Of a stretch of DNA of 39,483 bases, positions 36,131 to 39,483 are shown piece after piece. Both the position numbers and the translations under genes were made by a program. The notes under the pieces were generated by a model, which ran no database searches, was not told the origin of the DNA, and saw nothing but the letters and a program-made list of their open reading frames with translations. The stretch lies in the NCBI GenBank assembly GCA_035650735.1, contig DASRGZ010000010.1:1-39483 (forward strand), in the 5' to 3' direction. The stretch comes from Chthonomonadaceae bacterium. GTDB taxonomy: Bacteria; Armatimonadota; Chthonomonadetes; Chthonomonadales; Chthonomonadaceae. How positions within the stretch are numbered: position 1 is the first letter of the stretch; every line of letters starts with the position of its first letter.

Positions 36131-38068
36131 GTGGACAGGCGCATCCAGAGTCCGCCGTATTCCTTTTACAGCCTGCTACAGGCCAGAGCCATGCGTACAC
36201 AGCCCCACCGTAATTTGAATAACCATGTCATTATCTGCGGCCTGGGCCACGTCGGATATCGGATCGCGGAGCTGCTGCACGCGCTCTGCGTGCCGTTTGT
36301 CATCGTTACCCGCGACATCCGCCCGGCCTGGCGAGAGACTACCCAGGCCAGAGCGGCCCGTTACATCGAAGGCGACGCCCGCTCGGAACGCTGCCTGCGC
36401 GAAGCCGGCATCGAGACGGCGCGCGCCATCCTTATTGTTACCGATGATGACCTGATCAACATCGAGACGGCGCTCGACGCGCAGCGGCTCAACCCCAAGC
36501 TTGCCATCATCGTGCGCGTCTTTGATCGCTACCTGGCCGACCGCATCGGGCGCGAGACGAGCGTTCGCAACGTGCTCAGCCCGGCGCTGCTGACCGCCCC
36601 CGTGTTCGTCGCCGCCGCGCTGGGCGAGGAGATAGCGCGGGCCTTCGCCATCGGCGGCTGTCATCTCAACGTGGCGCGTCTGGCTTTCACGGCCACCACG
36701 CCGGGTCTGGGCGAGCCTATCGGCGCCTTCTGCGCCCAGCATAACCTCATCCCGCTCGCCCTGGTACGCTCTCGGGGCACGCCGACAGCGTCCGCCGCTC
36801 CCGCGCCGTGGCGCGTCTGCCCCGCTGCCGGGCCGCAGGAGGAGGCAGCGATTCCCCCGGAGACGGCGTTGAGGGCGGGCGATGCGCTGATCGCAGCCGC
36901 CTCCGGCCCGGCGACGGAGCGCCTGCGCCTGGCCGGGTACCTGCCTCCCAGGGATACGGCCCATGCAGGGAAGAGCCGCCTGGGAGCGCAACTGCTCGCC
37001 CTGCTCCACCGCCCACTCTTTCCGGCCAGCACCTTGCAGCGCGTCTGGCGGCGCACCCCCCGCGTCCTGCGCGCGGCGTTCCTGGCGCTGCTGAGCCTGA
37101 TGATGGTGAGCGTCTTTGTCTTCCACGCGGCGCTGCCCGGTTCGCCTCGCTGGATCGACTGCTTCTATTTTGTTATCACCATGATGACGACCGTAGGCTT
37201 TGGCGACTATAACCTGAGCAACGCGCCCGATTGGCTCAAGCTCTACGGCTGCGGCGTCATGATCGCCGCGGTCACGCTGGCCGCCATCGTGTTCGGCATC
37301 ATCACCGACTACATTGTGGCCGTGCGCGTGGAGCAGGCTCTGGGCCATCGCACGACCAGCTTGACCAACCATATCGTCGTCATCGGGTTGGGTGATGTGG
37401 GCACCCGGGTTGCGGAGGAGCTGCATCGCAGCGGCGAACCGGTCGTCGCCATCGAGCGGCACCCTGATCACGAGTCGGTTCCGGCGTTGCAGGATCAGAT
37501 GCACGTCATCATCGGCGACGCCAACCGCGATAGCATCTTGCAGCAGGCCAACGTTGCCAGATCCCGCGCCGTCATCGTCACCACGACCAACGACCTGGAC
37601 AGCCTGCGCATCGCCCACCAGGCGGAGATGATCAACCCCAAACTGCGCAGCGTCATTCGCATCTATGACTCGGAACTGGCGGATAAGCTGGGCGTCGGGC
37701 TGGGGATCGACCGCGCGGTCAACGCGGCGGCGACGGCGGCGGCGACGTTCGTGGCGTGTGCGCTTCAGCCGGGGGTAGAGCAGGGTTTTACGCTCGGCAA
37801 GCGCCTCCTGGCACTGCGCTGGCTCGCGCCGGAGGAGATCACAGAGAGGGGACTGGCCGGCGCGACCATCGGGGCCTTGCGGGCACAGGGAATTATGGTG
37901 GCGTTGCGGCGTACGGAAAGCCGCAAGGGGGTGCAGGCAATGCCCGTCTCCGAAACCGAAACCATCGCCCCCGACGACCATCTGCTTCTCCTGGAGGAAT
38001 ACTATCCCACCACGCACCGTTTCGGCCCGCCGCAGATTGCCGTCTATACCGATGGCGATCCCCGCTAA
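36131..38068 (+). CDS. Potassium channel protein: N-terminal RCK(TrkA-N), 2-TM pore, second RCK domain
   Basis: HVIICGLGHVG..GDAR, YFVITMMTTVGFGD filter, HIVVIGLGDVG..GDA; start GTG 36131 or ATG 36191. Confidence 0.88.
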   Translation: MDRRIQSPPYSFYSLLQARAMRTQPHRNLNNHVIICGLGHVGYRIAELLHALCVPFVIVTRDIRPAWRETTQARAARYIEGDARSERCLREAGIETARAILIVTDDDLINIETALDAQRLNPKLAIIVRVFDRYLADRIGRETSVRNVLSPALLTAPVFVAAALGEEIARAFAIGGCHLNVARLAFTATTPGLGEPIGAFCAQHNLIPLALVRSRGTPTASAAPAPWRVCPAAGPQEEAAIPPETALRAGDALIAAASGPATERLRLAGYLPPRDTAHAGKSRLGAQLLALLHRPLFPASTLQRVWRRTPRVLRAAFLALLSLMMVSVFVFHAALPGSPRWIDCFYFVITMMTTVGFGDYNLSNAPDWLKLYGCGVMIAAVTLAAIVFGIITDYIVAVRVEQALGHRTTSLTNHIVVIGLGDVGTRVAEELHRSGEPVVAIERHPDHESVPALQDQMHVIIGDANRDSILQQANVARSRAVIVTTTNDLDSLRIAHQAEMINPKLRSVIRIYDSELADKLGVGLGIDRAVNAAATAAATFVACALQPGVEQGFTLGKRLLALRWLAPEEITERGLAGATIGALRAQGIMVALRRTESRKGVQAMPVSETETIAPDDHLLLLEEYYPTTHRFGPPQIAVYTDGDPR

Positions 38069-38141
38069 ACCATTGGGCCGACAGGGGTCTTAGCCTGCCG
38101 ATGTTCACAGCAAAAACGGCAGGCAATTTTTATTTGAGGGC

Positions 38142-38170
38142 TTGACATATTCTATATTATCGAATATACT
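38142..38170 (+). promoter_or_regulatory. sigma70 promoter with overlapping palindrome (probable PadR operator)
   Basis: TTGACA, 17-bp spacer, TATACT; ATATTCTATA-T-TATCGAATAT (38147-38167) is a 9/10 inverted repeat. Confidence 0.75.
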
Positions 38171-38202
38171 TCAGTGTATAACAAAGAGGGGAGGAGACAT
38201 CC

Positions 38203-38568
38203 TTGGATGATGAGCGGGAGCTATTGAAAGGGAACACGCCGACCCTCGTGCTGGCGATACTGAATGAGGGGCCGCAACATACCTATGCCATCGGGCGGGC
38301 CATTGCAGAGCGAGCCGGCGAGGCACTGAAGTTCAAACGCGGCACGCTCTATCCGGTGCTGCACGCGTTGGAAAAGGATGGGCTGGTCGTGGGGGAGTGG
38401 GAGCACCTGGAAGGCGAACGACCGCGCCGCATCTACACCATCACCGAAGCGGGCCGCGCGGAACTGGCGCGTCGAGTGGAGGTCTGGGATAAGTTTGCCC
38501 AGGCGATGAACGCGCTCATTGCCCAGGCTCCGCGCTTGGGAGACCTACCGCGTGAGCAGCCAGCCTGA
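38203..38568 (+). CDS. PadR family transcriptional regulator
   Basis: ELLKG, GTLYPVLHALEKDG, RRIYTITEAGR, W..F..AM; RBS GAGGAG. Confidence 0.93.
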   Translation: MDDERELLKGNTPTLVLAILNEGPQHTYAIGRAIAERAGEALKFKRGTLYPVLHALEKDGLVVGEWEHLEGERPRRIYTITEAGRAELARRVEVWDKFAQAMNALIAQAPRLGDLPREQPA

Positions 38569-39256
38569 ACGGCATGCCTCTGCGTCTCAACCGGCGCCTG
38601 TGGACGCACAGGAGCAGGTGCAGGACTACCTGGACTATCTGTGCGCTCCGCTGCTTGGCATCGTGCCCTATGCGGTCCGCCAGAGCTTCCGTCAGGAGGC
38701 GGAGGCGCATCTGTGGGCTATCGTCGAGGAGTACCAGGAGCAAGGTCTGCCGGAGGAGAAGGCGCTGTACGCCGCGATGCAAGAGCACGGTGACCCGTCC
38801 TTAATCGGGCAGGCGTTTGTGGAAGCCTGGAGCGAGAAAGCGCCGCGTCGCAGTCTGGCACGGCGCATAGGGCCGGCTACCTGGCGGGCTTTTGGCTTTT
38901 TCGGAGTTGCCTCCGCCCTCTGTCTGCTGACGCTGGAGATCTATACGCTCAACGCACGCAAGCCAGATCTTCCGCTCTTTCTCTTTGTGCTTGCACCGGT
39001 AGCCCCTGTGGCGGCGGGCTGCCTGACCGGGCTGACAACGTCGGCGCAGGTTGCCGCCGGCACGTGCCGCGCGCTGATCTTTCTCATCTTGCATATGGCA
39101 GTGATAAGTCTGCTCGTGTTGCCGCGCACGGAGATCGCGTTCTTCACGCTATTTCAACTATTGTACTGGCTGCCCATGGGCTGTCTGAGCGCCGCCATCA
39201 CCTCTCTGTTCCTGCGGTGGCGTCAGCGTCAGCGTTTTCCTTACGTGGCGCGCTAA
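38552..39256 (+). CDS. Permease-prefix/HAAS-domain membrane protein (PadR partner)
   Basis: DYLD.L...E..AHL...EE...GL.EE.A..AA..HGDP followed by 4 TM helices; GTG start overlaps padR end. Confidence 0.8.
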   Translation: MSSQPERHASASQPAPVDAQEQVQDYLDYLCAPLLGIVPYAVRQSFRQEAEAHLWAIVEEYQEQGLPEEKALYAAMQEHGDPSLIGQAFVEAWSEKAPRRSLARRIGPATWRAFGFFGVASALCLLTLEIYTLNARKPDLPLFLFVLAPVAPVAAGCLTGLTTSAQVAAGTCRALIFLILHMAVISLLVLPRTEIAFFTLFQLLYWLPMGCLSAAITSLFLRWRQRQRFPYVAR

Positions 39257-39343
39257 CGTTGGCAGCAGTCGCCTCGTGAATACCACGCGCGTCTAGCGCG
39301 CGGCGGCTTAACAAACTTTAAGGAGCAAATCTATGGTACTGAG

Positions 39344-39483
39344 TTCACTGCCGTACACTTTTTGGAAGGAGGGCGTAGAGGTTGCCGCATTGGGTACTCT
39401 AGTGCTTACCACAGACACTGGAGAACCTAAAATGAGCGACAACCTCACCCGTTATTGTGCCATAAGAGATGCCTTAAAGCGCC
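39344..39483 (+). mobile_element. Probable left end of an IS (IS4-like) with transposase start at 39432, truncated by window edge
   Basis: TIR-like TTCACTGCCGTACACTTTT; RBS GGAGA plus ATG 39432 giving MSDNLTRYCAIRDALKR, which resembles IS4-type transposase N-termini as I recall them. Confidence 0.5.

Overview
GC-rich bacterial chromosomal window. The HEAT-repeat/LLRP membrane protein, the DUF1559 prepilin-like protein and the PadR/HAAS pair suggest Armatimonadota (inference). About 30 mostly ordinary genes are present: the 3' end of glyA, a Fur/PerR regulator, a Gfo/Idh/MocA oxidoreductase, an oligopeptide ABC ATPase, mqnC, an M42 peptidase, two GT-C glycosyltransferases, a sugar ABC operon with a hydrolase and a GH99-like enzyme, three DUF421 paralogs, a ClC channel, tricorn protease, an amidohydrolase, a nucleoside hydrolase, a cysteine desulfurase, pgeF, a WecB/TagA GT, an RCK-containing K+ channel, PadR plus a partner, and the probable left end of an IS. 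Two pseudogenes are a ParD-type antitoxin and a DHFR/RibD-C protein. The unusual signal is intergenic, where several families of tiny repeats or mobile elements occur. (1) A short element with non-inverted conserved ends (TCGCnAGG...GACCCTkGCAGT) sits three times inside the G-rich arm of a REP-like palindrome, once with a TIR-bearing MITE nested in it. (2) An 82-bp IS1-like MITE occurs twice with 8-bp target duplications. (3) One of those copies is inserted at the end of an orphan 36-bp repeat/36-bp spacer/36-bp repeat unit, either a mini-CRISPR or a duplicated promoter. (4) Several REP/BIME-like inverted pairs are also present. No rRNA, tRNA or cas genes were recognised. All calls are by eye and no searches were run.
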